Shown: positions 7,914 to 16,651, counted from the first letter of the stretch. The stretch is 32,000 nucleotides of DNA from Candidatus Saccharimonadota bacterium (GCA_001029695.1 CP011211.1:450001-482000), one strand, 5' to 3'. Numbers and translations are program-made. The notes: a model not told the origin generated them from the letters alone.

Positions 7914-8012
7914 GTATACTATCCTTAAACTATTCTTATAATATTAGTTATGTTTAATTTACCACAAATAGCGAGCATGAGTACAGTATTCATCTACAAA
8001 CAACTAGATATC

Positions 8013-8042
8013 AATACATTTATATTTGCAAAATAATACATT
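8013..8042. promoter_or_regulatory. Candidate MarR operator / promoter region
   Basis: Direct repeat AATACATT at 8013-8020 and 8035-8042 (22-bp spacing) flanks the palindrome TTTGCAAA (8025-8032), 24 nt upstream of the marR ATG. Confidence 0.3.
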
Positions 8043-8065
8043 AGAGACTAAACTAACGAAGGTTT

Positions 8066-8545
8066 ATGTCACGAAATGATGAAAATATACAAAAAATCGA
8101 GCAATCGATCGATCAATTCCGTCAAGTTATTAACGGTATTCGGAAACACAATCTCCTCGATCCGACGTTTAGCCGGACTCAGTTTGAGATAATTACCTCA
8201 ATCAGTGATAATCCAGGGCAAACTACATCAAATCTTGCTACCCAACTACACGTCACCCGCGGATCGATCACCCAAACGGTCGATACTCTCGTGCGAAGAG
8301 ATCTGGTGGCGCGGACAGTCGATGCATATGATCGTAGGATTGTACGACTTGATCTTACGGAAGCTGGCCGCAGCTATGCGCAGGCAGCCCGCGCCGCACA
8401 AGACTCTTGGATGGCAAGTCTCGTTAGTCACTTGACTCAAGATGAAGTCAAGAAGACCCTCGAGGCATTCGACACGCTACATACAACACTGCTTAACAAC
8501 AGAGCCGCTATCAAAGAATCGCCAACGAAAGAATCAGCGTCATGA
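8066..8545 (+). CDS. MarR-family transcriptional regulator
   Basis: 159 aa. A winged-HTH core typical of MarR: FEIITSISDNPGQTTSNLATQLHVTRGSITQTVDTLVRRDLVARTVDAYDRRIVRLDLTEAGR. Confidence 0.85.
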   Translation: MSRNDENIQKIEQSIDQFRQVINGIRKHNLLDPTFSRTQFEIITSISDNPGQTTSNLATQLHVTRGSITQTVDTLVRRDLVARTVDAYDRRIVRLDLTEAGRSYAQAARAAQDSWMASLVSHLTQDEVKKTLEAFDTLHTTLLNNRAAIKESPTKESAS

Positions 8546-10146
8546 CATCCCCAGCTAAACTCACAAAAATCGGAGTTAACCTTCAGCAAGCCATGACGGC
8601 AATCGAATCGTTTGATGCTCAGCAAAAAAAGGCCGATGGTCAGCCAACACTCCATATCACAAACATGGGGCATGTCATCTCAACAGCATATGAGCAGCTT
8701 CGGAATGCTTCTGAAAATGCTGAAGACCATCTCCTCCTTCAGCGTGCCGCAAGACGCTTCTTTGTGCGCAATATCTCCTTCACATCAAAACAACTCACTC
8801 CGAAACTTGCCGAAGAATTAACAATTGAGCTCACGCAAGCAGAGTACTTAGCGAACAATACGACAAAGCTCACCACCATAGAGTCTATTAGCCACTTAAC
8901 CGAAGAGCTACACAGTGCCTACTGGAATATACTTCAACACCCGACAGCTCCCGCAAAGGACATGCTGCGCCAATGGACATTTGACCTCATGTCAGTTCGG
9001 GCTGAACAAGCATATAACCCTCCAGTTCGACCGATGAACTTCGCGCACTTCGCACATGCCTACTATGCCAACCATATTGCGGTGGCTGATTATATCGTTA
9101 ACGACGAAAAAATCAGCCCTGATCTTTTCCAGATTGTTATTTATATTGCCATTCATCGAGCATTACTAAAGTCGGATGACGCTAATATCCGCAGTCTTCT
9201 GCTTGACCTATACCAGATCAAACCAGGCGACACTGAACGATTCATCACCTTCAATAAGCAGTGCGATACACTCTTTTCACTAAAAACAGTCGATCGCGTC
9301 ACACGAGTCGTCAGTAGGAATGGTGCGCACCTGCGTATCATGAAGATTGCGTTCTTCGACGAAAATCCAGTATCAAACACAGCGAGCATCTCAAAGCGAA
9401 CCCATATCCTCAGCGCCATAGAGCAGCGTATTGATGAAACCTACAAACTCACCAAAGCAAAGCTCAATTCTGGTATCGTAAAGAGTATCATCTTCCTCCT
9501 CATCACCAAGGCGCTGATCGGACTTGCAGTTGAAATCCCGTATGACCTTGCTGTCTACAGTACCATCCTTATCACACCACTTCTCATTAATTTATTCTTC
9601 CCAGCAGTCTTTATCGCAATCTCAACACTGACACTCAAAATGCCGGGAGCACACAATACGAAGGCGATCGTCGACGCAATCGACGAAATGCTCTATGACA
9701 CTGACGAGAACCAGCACCTCCGCTATAGTTTCCGAAACTTCTCCCAAAGCAAACAGCCCGTTACATTCAATATAATGTACGGTATTATGTTTGTCGTAGG
9801 AGTGGGCCTCATGGTAAATAGACTCATGGCACTTGATTTTAATATCGTGCAGGGAGGTATATTTATACTCTTCCTCTCAACCGCAGCATTCCTAGGGTAT
9901 CGCCTCTCGTTACAAATCAAAGAACTTGAACTTGTTTCGGGCGGGCAAAATATCATTGCACTTATACGAGATTTTCTCTATACGCCGTTCATCTTTATCG
10001 GTCATCAGATTTCATTTCGTTATGCCAAAGTAAATATTGTCGCACGAGTACTCGATACGATTATTGAACTCCCCCTCAAGACGAGTCTTCGCCTTATACG
10101 CCAGTGGACAGCGTTCCTCAATGGTAAAAAAGAGGAAATGCTTTAA
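8542..10146 (+). CDS. Hypothetical membrane protein (large soluble N-terminal domain plus 4-5 TM helices), translationally coupled to marR
   Basis: ATGA overlap with the marR stop (8542-8545). A ~310-aa helical soluble region is followed by TM segments (SIIFLLITKALIGLAV, ILITPLLINLFFPAVFIAISTL, FNIMYGIMFVVGVGLMV, GGIFILFLSTAAFLGY) and an amphipathic tail. Family not recognised. Confidence 0.75.
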   Translation: MTSPAKLTKIGVNLQQAMTAIESFDAQQKKADGQPTLHITNMGHVISTAYEQLRNASENAEDHLLLQRAARRFFVRNISFTSKQLTPKLAEELTIELTQAEYLANNTTKLTTIESISHLTEELHSAYWNILQHPTAPAKDMLRQWTFDLMSVRAEQAYNPPVRPMNFAHFAHAYYANHIAVADYIVNDEKISPDLFQIVIYIAIHRALLKSDDANIRSLLLDLYQIKPGDTERFITFNKQCDTLFSLKTVDRVTRVVSRNGAHLRIMKIAFFDENPVSNTASISKRTHILSAIEQRIDETYKLTKAKLNSGIVKSIIFLLITKALIGLAVEIPYDLAVYSTILITPLLINLFFPAVFIAISTLTLKMPGAHNTKAIVDAIDEMLYDTDENQHLRYSFRNFSQSKQPVTFNIMYGIMFVVGVGLMVNRLMALDFNIVQGGIFILFLSTAAFLGYRLSLQIKELELVSGGQNIIALIRDFLYTPFIFIGHQISFRYAKVNIVARVLDTIIELPLKTSLRLIRQWTAFLNGKKEEML

Positions 10147-10147
10147 A

Positions 10148-10522
10148 TTAGCCTTTACGGTACCCTTTGTCGTCGTCTTCCGCTCCTGTACGCTGGCGCT
10201 GATCTATCGCTTCAAGATACTGCGAAACTTGCTGAAGATACTGATTTGTCGCTTGAAATTGTGATTTAAGATTTTCGAGATCAAACATAAGGCGATCGAT
10301 TTTATCAACATCATGAGAAACGTCCTGTAGGCTTCTCGTCACTACGTCGAGCTGCGGAATGATTCGTGACAACTGCTGGATCTCTTGCTGTGATTTATCT
10401 AGATCATTCGTTCGCTGCTCAATCTTTTGAACGTCGTCACGGATACGTGAAATATCATTCTTCAGATCATTAAGCCCGTCGCGAACCGCTCTTTGTACAT
10501 CGTCTCTTGTAATATCTGCCAT
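10148..10522 (-). CDS. Hypothetical coiled-coil protein
   Basis: 124 aa with no TM helix and heptad-like D/Q/L-rich repeats (LNDLKNDISRIRDDVQKIEQRTNDLDKSQQEIQQL...). AAGGAG lies 6 nt upstream of the ATG. Confidence 0.65.
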   Translation of the reverse strand: MADITRDDVQRAVRDGLNDLKNDISRIRDDVQKIEQRTNDLDKSQQEIQQLSRIIPQLDVVTRSLQDVSHDVDKIDRLMFDLENLKSQFQATNQYLQQVSQYLEAIDQRQRTGAEDDDKGYRKG

Positions 10523-10532
10523 GTTTATCTCC

Positions 10533-11018
10533 TTACGCTATAGTAGGTGCTTCAAAATAATACTCTGTTTGCCCAGTTTCAAGCATCGACTGGAGGCGAA
10601 CATACCCTGGCCTTTCGCCAGATTTGCGCCCAATCTCAGAAATTGCAATCCAAGCATAGTCTTCGATACCCTTTTCTGGCACAATTGCCAGCTCATCTCG
10701 TTGAATCTCTGCATAAAAGAAGAAATGAAACCTATCTAAAAAACCATGCTTCTCCGGCACATACGATACGCTAAAAAAGCGCGCATGTTCCCGTGATACT
10801 TCGATGCCAATCTCCTCATACGTTTCACGAAGAGCTGCAACAAATGGAGACTCCCCTGCATCAATGACACCACCTGGAAACGTCCAGTACGCTTTGTAGT
10901 CATCTTTTACCATCAGCACACTGTCGCCATCTCGTAGTACCATCGCCGCGCTCGAGCGCTTTGTCGGTAATCCGTTATACCAGTTACGGTCTTGTTCAAC
11001 GGTATACTTTGCACCCAT
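10533..11018 (-). CDS. NUDIX hydrolase
   Basis: Complete Nudix box GX5EX7REUXEEXGU: GVIDAGESPFVAALRETYEEIGI. Confidence 0.85.
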   Translation of the reverse strand: MGAKYTVEQDRNWYNGLPTKRSSAAMVLRDGDSVLMVKDDYKAYWTFPGGVIDAGESPFVAALRETYEEIGIEVSREHARFFSVSYVPEKHGFLDRFHFFFYAEIQRDELAIVPEKGIEDYAWIAISEIGRKSGERPGYVRLQSMLETGQTEYYFEAPTIA

Positions 11019-11023
11019 AAAAC

Positions 11024-12514
11024 TTATTTCGCAAACTCAATCGCGCGAGTCTCGCGAATGACATTAACTTTAATCGTACCTGGGTATTGCATCGTACTTT
11101 CAATCTTCGTTGCAATGTCACGTGCTAGCTTAATAGCATTCAAATCATCAATATGCTTAGGGCTTACAATTACTCGAATCTCACGACCTGCGCTGATCGC
11201 ATACGCTTTATCAATACCGTCAAAGCTCTTTGCAACATTTTCAAGGTCGCGCATACGCTCAACAAAATTCTCAGCACTGATATTTCGAGCACCGGGTCGA
11301 GCGGCAGATAAAGCATCACACACGCGAACGATAAGTGCTTCAGGAGTGGTCGCCTCGATGTCATCATGGTGCGCTTCGATCGCATGGACAATATCATCAC
11401 TCATGCCATACTTACGCGCAAGTTCAGCACCGATATGATGATGTTTACCCTCAATCTTATGCGTTACGGCCTTGCCCACGTCGTGCAGTAGTGTTGCGAT
11501 TTTTGTCGTTCGAACATTTGCGCCAATCTCTTCTGCAATCAAACCTGCCATATGCGCCATTTCTGTACTATGCATGAGGACATTTTGTCCGTAGCTCGTA
11601 CGGAACTTTAACTCACCAAGAAGTCTTACCATCTCTTTTGGAATACCTGCAACCCCAACTTCACGAACGGCATCTTCGCCTGCGCGAGTGATGTCTTTGT
11701 CGATTTGCTTTTCAGCTTTTGCAACTACCTCCTCGATACGCCCTGGATGAATTCGCCCATCTTTCATAAGCAGCTCAAGTGTCTGTCGAGCGATCTGACG
11801 ACGAATTGGATCAAAACTCGAAAGGATAATCATACCAGGCGTATCGTCAACAAGGATATCAACACCCGTAGCTCGCTGTAGAGCTTGAATATTTCGCCCC
11901 TCTTTACCAATAATCCGCCCCTTCATCTCTTCGTCAGTTAACTTAATTGCGGTTACTGTTCGCTCCGCAGTTACTTCCGAACTCATACGCTCCATCGCTG
12001 TAAGAATAATTGTCTGGGCGCGCTCTTCTGCATCATCCATCGCGTCTTTTTGCAGCTTATTTACAAGACCTACGAGATCATCCTTTATGTCCCGTTCTGT
12101 CATCTTCATAAGCTTGTCGGCAGCATCAGCCTTCTTAAGGCCTGCAATTTTCTCTAATTTCTCTTGCTGCCTACTGCGAATATCCCGAACATCCGTCTTC
12201 AGTTCTTCAACCTCATCCTCTTGCTTGCGCAGCTTGTCGGTTCGTCGATCAATTTCATCAAGTTTTTTATCGAGACTCACTTCGCGATCTGCAAGACGCT
12301 GTTCAGTTTTTTTCCATTCTCGACGGCGCTCATTTTCAAGCTCGAGAGCTTCGTCTTTCGCCTTCAAGACAATATCGCCCGCTTTTATTTTCGCCTTAGC
12401 GATCTCTTGCTCGGCCTTATTCTTTCCAGCTGCCTGACGTCGCTTCTCATAAACAACCGTTCCGCCAATACCAAAAATAGCCCCAAGTACTGCGGCAATG
12501 ATACCCTCTATCAT
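11024..12514 (-). CDS. rny: Ribonuclease Y
   Basis: N-terminal TM helix, Lys/Glu coiled coil, KH domain (GRIIGKEGRNIQALQRATGVDILVDD) and HD domain (LLHDVGKA...HH...EAHHD). This is the canonical RNase Y architecture at 496 aa. Confidence 0.95.
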   Translation of the reverse strand: MIEGIIAAVLGAIFGIGGTVVYEKRRQAAGKNKAEQEIAKAKIKAGDIVLKAKDEALELENERRREWKKTEQRLADREVSLDKKLDEIDRRTDKLRKQEDEVEELKTDVRDIRSRQQEKLEKIAGLKKADAADKLMKMTERDIKDDLVGLVNKLQKDAMDDAEERAQTIILTAMERMSSEVTAERTVTAIKLTDEEMKGRIIGKEGRNIQALQRATGVDILVDDTPGMIILSSFDPIRRQIARQTLELLMKDGRIHPGRIEEVVAKAEKQIDKDITRAGEDAVREVGVAGIPKEMVRLLGELKFRTSYGQNVLMHSTEMAHMAGLIAEEIGANVRTTKIATLLHDVGKAVTHKIEGKHHHIGAELARKYGMSDDIVHAIEAHHDDIEATTPEALIVRVCDALSAARPGARNISAENFVERMRDLENVAKSFDGIDKAYAISAGREIRVIVSPKHIDDLNAIKLARDIATKIESTMQYPGTIKVNVIRETRAIEFAK

Positions 12515-12622
12515 GATCGTGTCCTTTCTTTGCCTAGCTGTATGTCGTCCGAAAGGTTGTGTGAAATTCAGTCACTTCAGTACGCAACTTCTGTCAGTCA
12601 ATAGTAAGCTATGCAGGTGTTT

Positions 12623-12666
12623 CAAAAAATTTTCAGAGTCTTACTCAGTAATGTTATGTAAGACTC
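12623..12666 (-). terminator. Rho-independent terminator after tsaB
   Basis: Minus strand reads GAGTCTTAC-13 nt-GTAAGACTC followed by tgaaaaTTTTTTg. It lies 39 nt downstream of the tsaB stop. Confidence 0.55.
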
Positions 12667-12704
12667 CTTCCATTGTAGCCCTCGACAGTCATGATGTGCA
12701 AGCG

Positions 12705-13091
12705 CTATTTGCGCGGCTTTGTGATTGCTGCAGCACTTCCGTATTCAGGCAAGACAATCTTGTCATCTTCTCCAAGGTTCAATCGCTGCAAAGCAACTTC
12801 TTTCCAATCAGTTCCAGCCACACCAACAATAGGCACCGTCTGCACGGAAGCGATGGTATTCAAGACAGTTATCCCTATGCGAAGTCCCGTAAAGCTACCA
12901 GGGCCCTTAAACACTCCCAGCCCTGAGATGTCGGTTATTTTGCCGTCTGTTTTACCAAGACACTCTTCTATATAACCAAGAAGGCCTTTTGCTAGCCCTC
13001 TTTCAGCCTGCCACTCGTATTCACTGCTCTGTCCATCCTTATAGATAGTGACGTGACAGACGGGAGTTGATGTGTCGAGAAGTAGAATCAT
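12705..13091 (-). CDS. tsaB: TsaB-like t6A biosynthesis protein, N-terminal half only (128 aa)
   Basis: MILLLDTSTP...GPGSFTGLRIGITVLNTIA is the TsaB/YeaZ N-terminal ASKHA motif. 4-nt overlap with the tsaE stop. Confidence 0.75.
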   Translation of the reverse strand: MILLLDTSTPVCHVTIYKDGQSSEYEWQAERGLAKGLLGYIEECLGKTDGKITDISGLGVFKGPGSFTGLRIGITVLNTIASVQTVPIVGVAGTDWKEVALQRLNLGEDDKIVLPEYGSAAAITKPRK

Positions 13092-13540
13092 AGAATCTCC
13101 CCTTTCAGCAGATCACTTCGTGATCCCCCCGCCTTTATATCGACACTCCGGCTCGTTTCAGTTGGGCTCGTAAACCGCAGCGAAAGCCGATCATCAGGAA
13201 GCACTCCGCTCACGATATCCGCCCATTCAACTACCGTGACTGTTTTATCATCCTCGATCGATTCTTGGAGATCTTGCTTCATCACCCCGGCATCATGTAA
13301 CCGATAAAAATCATAGTGTACCATACGAATACTCTCCGTGTTTTCATACGTACGACTGATCGTAAAGCTGGGACTCTGAACAACCTCATCAATACCCATG
13401 CCGATCGCCAGCCCTTTAGTAAATGTTGTCTTGCCAGCACCAACATCCCCGATCAACTCAATCACTTCACCGCCACGAAGAATTCGACCTAGCTGTTGGC
13501 CAAATTCTTTCATCGCTACCTCAGTAGTAATCTGCTTCAT
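13088..13540 (-). CDS. tsaE: tRNA t6A37 biosynthesis ATPase TsaE (YjeE)
   Basis: 150 aa. P-loop GDVGAGKTTFTKGLA, then SPSFTI and HYDFYRL motifs typical of TsaE. Confidence 0.9.
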   Translation of the reverse strand: MKQITTEVAMKEFGQQLGRILRGGEVIELIGDVGAGKTTFTKGLAIGMGIDEVVQSPSFTISRTYENTESIRMVHYDFYRLHDAGVMKQDLQESIEDDKTVTVVEWADIVSGVLPDDRLSLRFTSPTETSRSVDIKAGGSRSDLLKGEIL

Positions 13541-13551
13541 AATAAGTACTT

Positions 13552-13560
13552 ATTATACCA
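13552..13560 (-). promoter_or_regulatory. Extended -10 box TGgTATAAT, 11 nt upstream of the tsaE ATG
   Basis: Minus strand reads ctaTGgTATAATaagtacttattATG. No SD. Confidence 0.45.
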
Positions 13561-13618
13561 TAGAGCCTGTGGATATCTTTTGCTCATAAACAGTCTAGCC
13601 TATTTACAACAACTCATT

Positions 13619-13624
13619 TACAAT
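13619..13624 (+). promoter_or_regulatory. -10 box TACAAT, 14 nt upstream of the pilB ATG
   Basis: catTTACAATagagcgtaagcgttATG. No clear SD. Confidence 0.35.
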
Positions 13625-13638
13625 AGAGCGTAAGCGTT

Positions 13639-15420
13639 ATGCGTATATCTGATGGAACAGTAGAAAAACTTCTGACTCAAAGCGGTCGTGTATCGAGCGA
13701 GCAGATTGCCACCCTCAAAGAAGAGGGTCTTAAGTCTAATCGCCCACTGCAAGATCTAGCGGTTGAAGATGAACTATTCGATGAAAAAACTCTAACGAAA
13801 TTATTCGCTGAGTATGCAGACATACCCTACATAGAACTTGACCCGCATGATATCCCCAGTGATGTTCTCGATAAGATCCCAGAACACATTGCCAGGCAGT
13901 ACAATGTGGTCCTCTTTCGGATAGATAGCGATGGACTCCATCACCTCGCAATGGACGACCCTGACGATGTACAGGCGGTCGACTTCATCGAAAAGCAAAT
14001 CGGAGAAAAAGTTCGCACCTATATCGCGTCACACAACAACATCCTAGCAGCGCTTGATAATTATCGCGGCGATGTCGACAAGGAGCTCAACGATGTTATC
14101 GACATTCAGCGAGAAGACAATACCGCTAATGAAAATGTTAGTGACGAAGACGTTGCCGAAAACTCCCCGATCGCCCAAACAATCAACCTCCTTCTTGAAT
14201 ATGCGATTCGAAGTAGTGCAAGTGACATTCATATTGAACCACGTGAAGAATTCGTGCAGATTCGCTATCGAATAGATGGTGTACTCAAAGAAGTAAATCG
14301 CCTTCCGCGTAATGTTCATGCTGCCCTTGTGAGCCGTATCAAAATCCTCTCCAATCTCAAGATTGATGAACGACGAGTACCTCAAGATGGGCGCTTCAAG
14401 GTAAAAGTTGCTGGTAAGCAGTATGCCCTTCGTGTCAGTACACTACCGATTGCAGATGGCGAAAAGGTAGTTATGCGTATTCTCGATGAGTCAAATCAAG
14501 CAGTTACGCTTGATCAACTAGGCTACTGGGGACACTCCCTGTCCACACTAAGCGAAGCAATTACCGAGCCAAACGGCATGGTGCTCGTGACGGGTCCAAC
14601 GGGCTCCGGTAAATCTACAAGTCTCTTTAGCGTCCTTTCGCTCCTCAACCAACCAGACGTTAACATTTCTACCGTCGAAGACCCGGTTGAATACAAAATA
14701 CCAGGAGTCAACCAAACTCAGACAAACAGTAAAGCGGGTATGACATTTGCTAGTGGATTACGCGCATTACTCCGTCAAGATCCAAACATCATCATGGTTG
14801 GAGAGATCCGAGACGGCGAGACGGCAAACCTTGGCGTTCAGGCTGCACTGACAGGACACCTTGTTTTCAGTACGCTACACACAAATAACGCAGCAACCTG
14901 TCTCCCTCGTTTGCTCGATATGGATATCGAACCATTCCTTATTGCAAGTACTGTTCGCGCAGTCGTCGGTCAACGCCTTGTACGTCGACTTGACAAGACA
15001 ACTCGTGTCGCCTACGCACCAACCGAAGAAGAGCAGCAAGCCATCGTTCATCTCTTCAACTTGCGTGACGGTCAAGACTTCCATTATATTCATGAGCTTG
15101 AAAAGCAAGCTGCAGCACAAGGCGTTGGCGGCAATGCTCCGCTCAGTACCGACGAAAACGGCATCCTTACTCTCTATAAACCAGGTGAGTCAGAAGATAA
15201 TACTGGCAAACACGACGGCTACAAGGGTCGCATCGGCATCTACGAGGTTCTGAGCAATACAAACAGTATTCAAAAACTTATCACCAGCAATGCAACAAGT
15301 AACGAAATACAAAAACAAGCTATTGCTGAAGGCATGTTAACGATGCAAACCGATGGACTTATAAAAGCACTCCGCGGCGAGACAACAATCGAAGAGATTA
15401 TACGAGTAACCAAGGAATAG
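13639..15420 (+). CDS. pilB: Type IV pilus assembly ATPase PilB (GspE family)
   Basis: N-terminal T2SSE_N-like domain, Walker A GPTGSGKST, Walker B IIMVGEIRD and His box GHLVFSTLHTN. 593 aa. Confidence 0.9.
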   Translation: MRISDGTVEKLLTQSGRVSSEQIATLKEEGLKSNRPLQDLAVEDELFDEKTLTKLFAEYADIPYIELDPHDIPSDVLDKIPEHIARQYNVVLFRIDSDGLHHLAMDDPDDVQAVDFIEKQIGEKVRTYIASHNNILAALDNYRGDVDKELNDVIDIQREDNTANENVSDEDVAENSPIAQTINLLLEYAIRSSASDIHIEPREEFVQIRYRIDGVLKEVNRLPRNVHAALVSRIKILSNLKIDERRVPQDGRFKVKVAGKQYALRVSTLPIADGEKVVMRILDESNQAVTLDQLGYWGHSLSTLSEAITEPNGMVLVTGPTGSGKSTSLFSVLSLLNQPDVNISTVEDPVEYKIPGVNQTQTNSKAGMTFASGLRALLRQDPNIIMVGEIRDGETANLGVQAALTGHLVFSTLHTNNAATCLPRLLDMDIEPFLIASTVRAVVGQRLVRRLDKTTRVAYAPTEEEQQAIVHLFNLRDGQDFHYIHELEKQAAAQGVGGNAPLSTDENGILTLYKPGESEDNTGKHDGYKGRIGIYEVLSNTNSIQKLITSNATSNEIQKQAIAEGMLTMQTDGLIKALRGETTIEEIIRVTKE

Positions 15421-15421
15421 C

Positions 15422-16651
15422 ATGCCAAAATTTAAATACGTCGCAACCTCGAATAATGACTCAAGCAAAACAGTCACCGGCACACTCGATGCACCTGATG
15501 AAGCAGCAGTCGTTGCTGCTCTTAAAAAGCAACGCATACAACCGCTTCGAGTTACTATTGACGGCTCACGATCTTCGTCATTCGGAAAACTATTTGGTGG
15601 CGGTAAAGTAAAATCCGATGACTTAGTTATCTTCACGAGGCAACTCAGTGCCATGGTTGGTGCTGGAGTGCCACTCCTTCGTGCTCTCAACTCACTAGAG
15701 CAGCACGCAGAAAGCCCTGCACTCAAATCAATTCTCGTAGCAGTCATCAAAGATGTCGAAGGGGGCGCCCCACTCGCGGATGCACTCGAAAAACATCCTA
15801 ACACCTTCAGCGATGTATACATCAACATGGTTCGCGCAGGAGAAGCTGCAGGTATTCTCGATGATATCCTCAAGCGCCTTGCACTTCAACAGGAGAAAAA
15901 TGCAAGTATTCGCAAAAAAGTAAAAAGTGCAATGGCCTACCCAATGGTCTTGATGGTCATTACTGTTATTGCATTTTTCGGCCTTATGCTCTTTGTCATC
16001 CCACAAATCGGCAAAATTCTTCTTGACCTGGGAGGTCCCGACGCTGAGCTTCCGCTCCTTACAAAAATCATGCTTGGTATTAGTGCATTCAGCCTCCAAT
16101 GGTGGTACATACTTATCCCAGCCATTGTCGGCGGCGTCTTTCTTGTACTTCGCTACATTAAAACCCCTATCGGAAAAAGACACTTTCATCGGCTTGTCCT
16201 TAAAGTGCCAGCAGTAAATACAATCATCAAAAAAGTCGTTATAGCCAGATTTGCGCGAACGTTCTCCTCCCTCAATGGAGCTGGAGTGTCGATCCTCGAG
16301 ACACTCACTGTCACAAGCAGAGCACTTGGTAATGTCATCTATGAAGATGCGCTCCTTGAAGCGATCGAGAAGGTCAAAAATGGCCAACAACTTTCACAAG
16401 TGCTTGAACAAGATGATCTCTTTCCGGCAATCGTCCCACAGATGCTTGCCGTAGGAGAAGAGACGGGTCAAACTGATGTCGTCCTATTGAAAGTTGCCGA
16501 CTTCTTCGAAGAAGAGGTCGACACATCAATCAACAGCCTCAGCTCTATCATCGAGCCAGTTATGATCGTGATTATGGGCAGTGCAGTAGGACTTATTGCT
16601 GCAAGCGTCATGGGCCCAATCGCTAGCCTATCGCAGAACATTAAAGGCTAG
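15422..16651 (+). CDS. pilC: Type IV pilus platform protein PilC (GspF family)
   Basis: 409 aa with a duplicated T2SSF domain (FTRQLSAMVGAGVPLLRAL... and FARTFSSLNGAGVSILETL...) and 3 TM helices. 1-nt gap after pilB. Confidence 0.9.
   Translation: MPKFKYVATSNNDSSKTVTGTLDAPDEAAVVAALKKQRIQPLRVTIDGSRSSSFGKLFGGGKVKSDDLVIFTRQLSAMVGAGVPLLRALNSLEQHAESPALKSILVAVIKDVEGGAPLADALEKHPNTFSDVYINMVRAGEAAGILDDILKRLALQQEKNASIRKKVKSAMAYPMVLMVITVIAFFGLMLFVIPQIGKILLDLGGPDAELPLLTKIMLGISAFSLQWWYILIPAIVGGVFLVLRYIKTPIGKRHFHRLVLKVPAVNTIIKKVVIARFARTFSSLNGAGVSILETLTVTSRALGNVIYEDALLEAIEKVKNGQQLSQVLEQDDLFPAIVPQMLAVGEETGQTDVVLLKVADFFEEEVDTSINSLSSIIEPVMIVIMGSAVGLIAASVMGPIASLSQNIKG

Noticed and set aside
10992-12604. Plus-strand ORFs (148, 80, 116 and 146 aa) antisense to rny
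   Set aside because: These are Ser/Arg/Phe-rich, low-complexity mirror translations of the Lys/Glu-rich RNase Y coiled coil. The rny assignment is unambiguous.
15337-16390. Two long ORFs (178 aa at 15337-15873 and 220 aa at 15728-16390) antisense to pilB/pilC
   Set aside because: They lie fully within well-supported pilB/pilC coding sequence. Their translations are Cys/Asp/Phe-rich or Ser/Ala/Arg-rich with no motifs and no start signals. They are typical shadow ORFs of a coding region.
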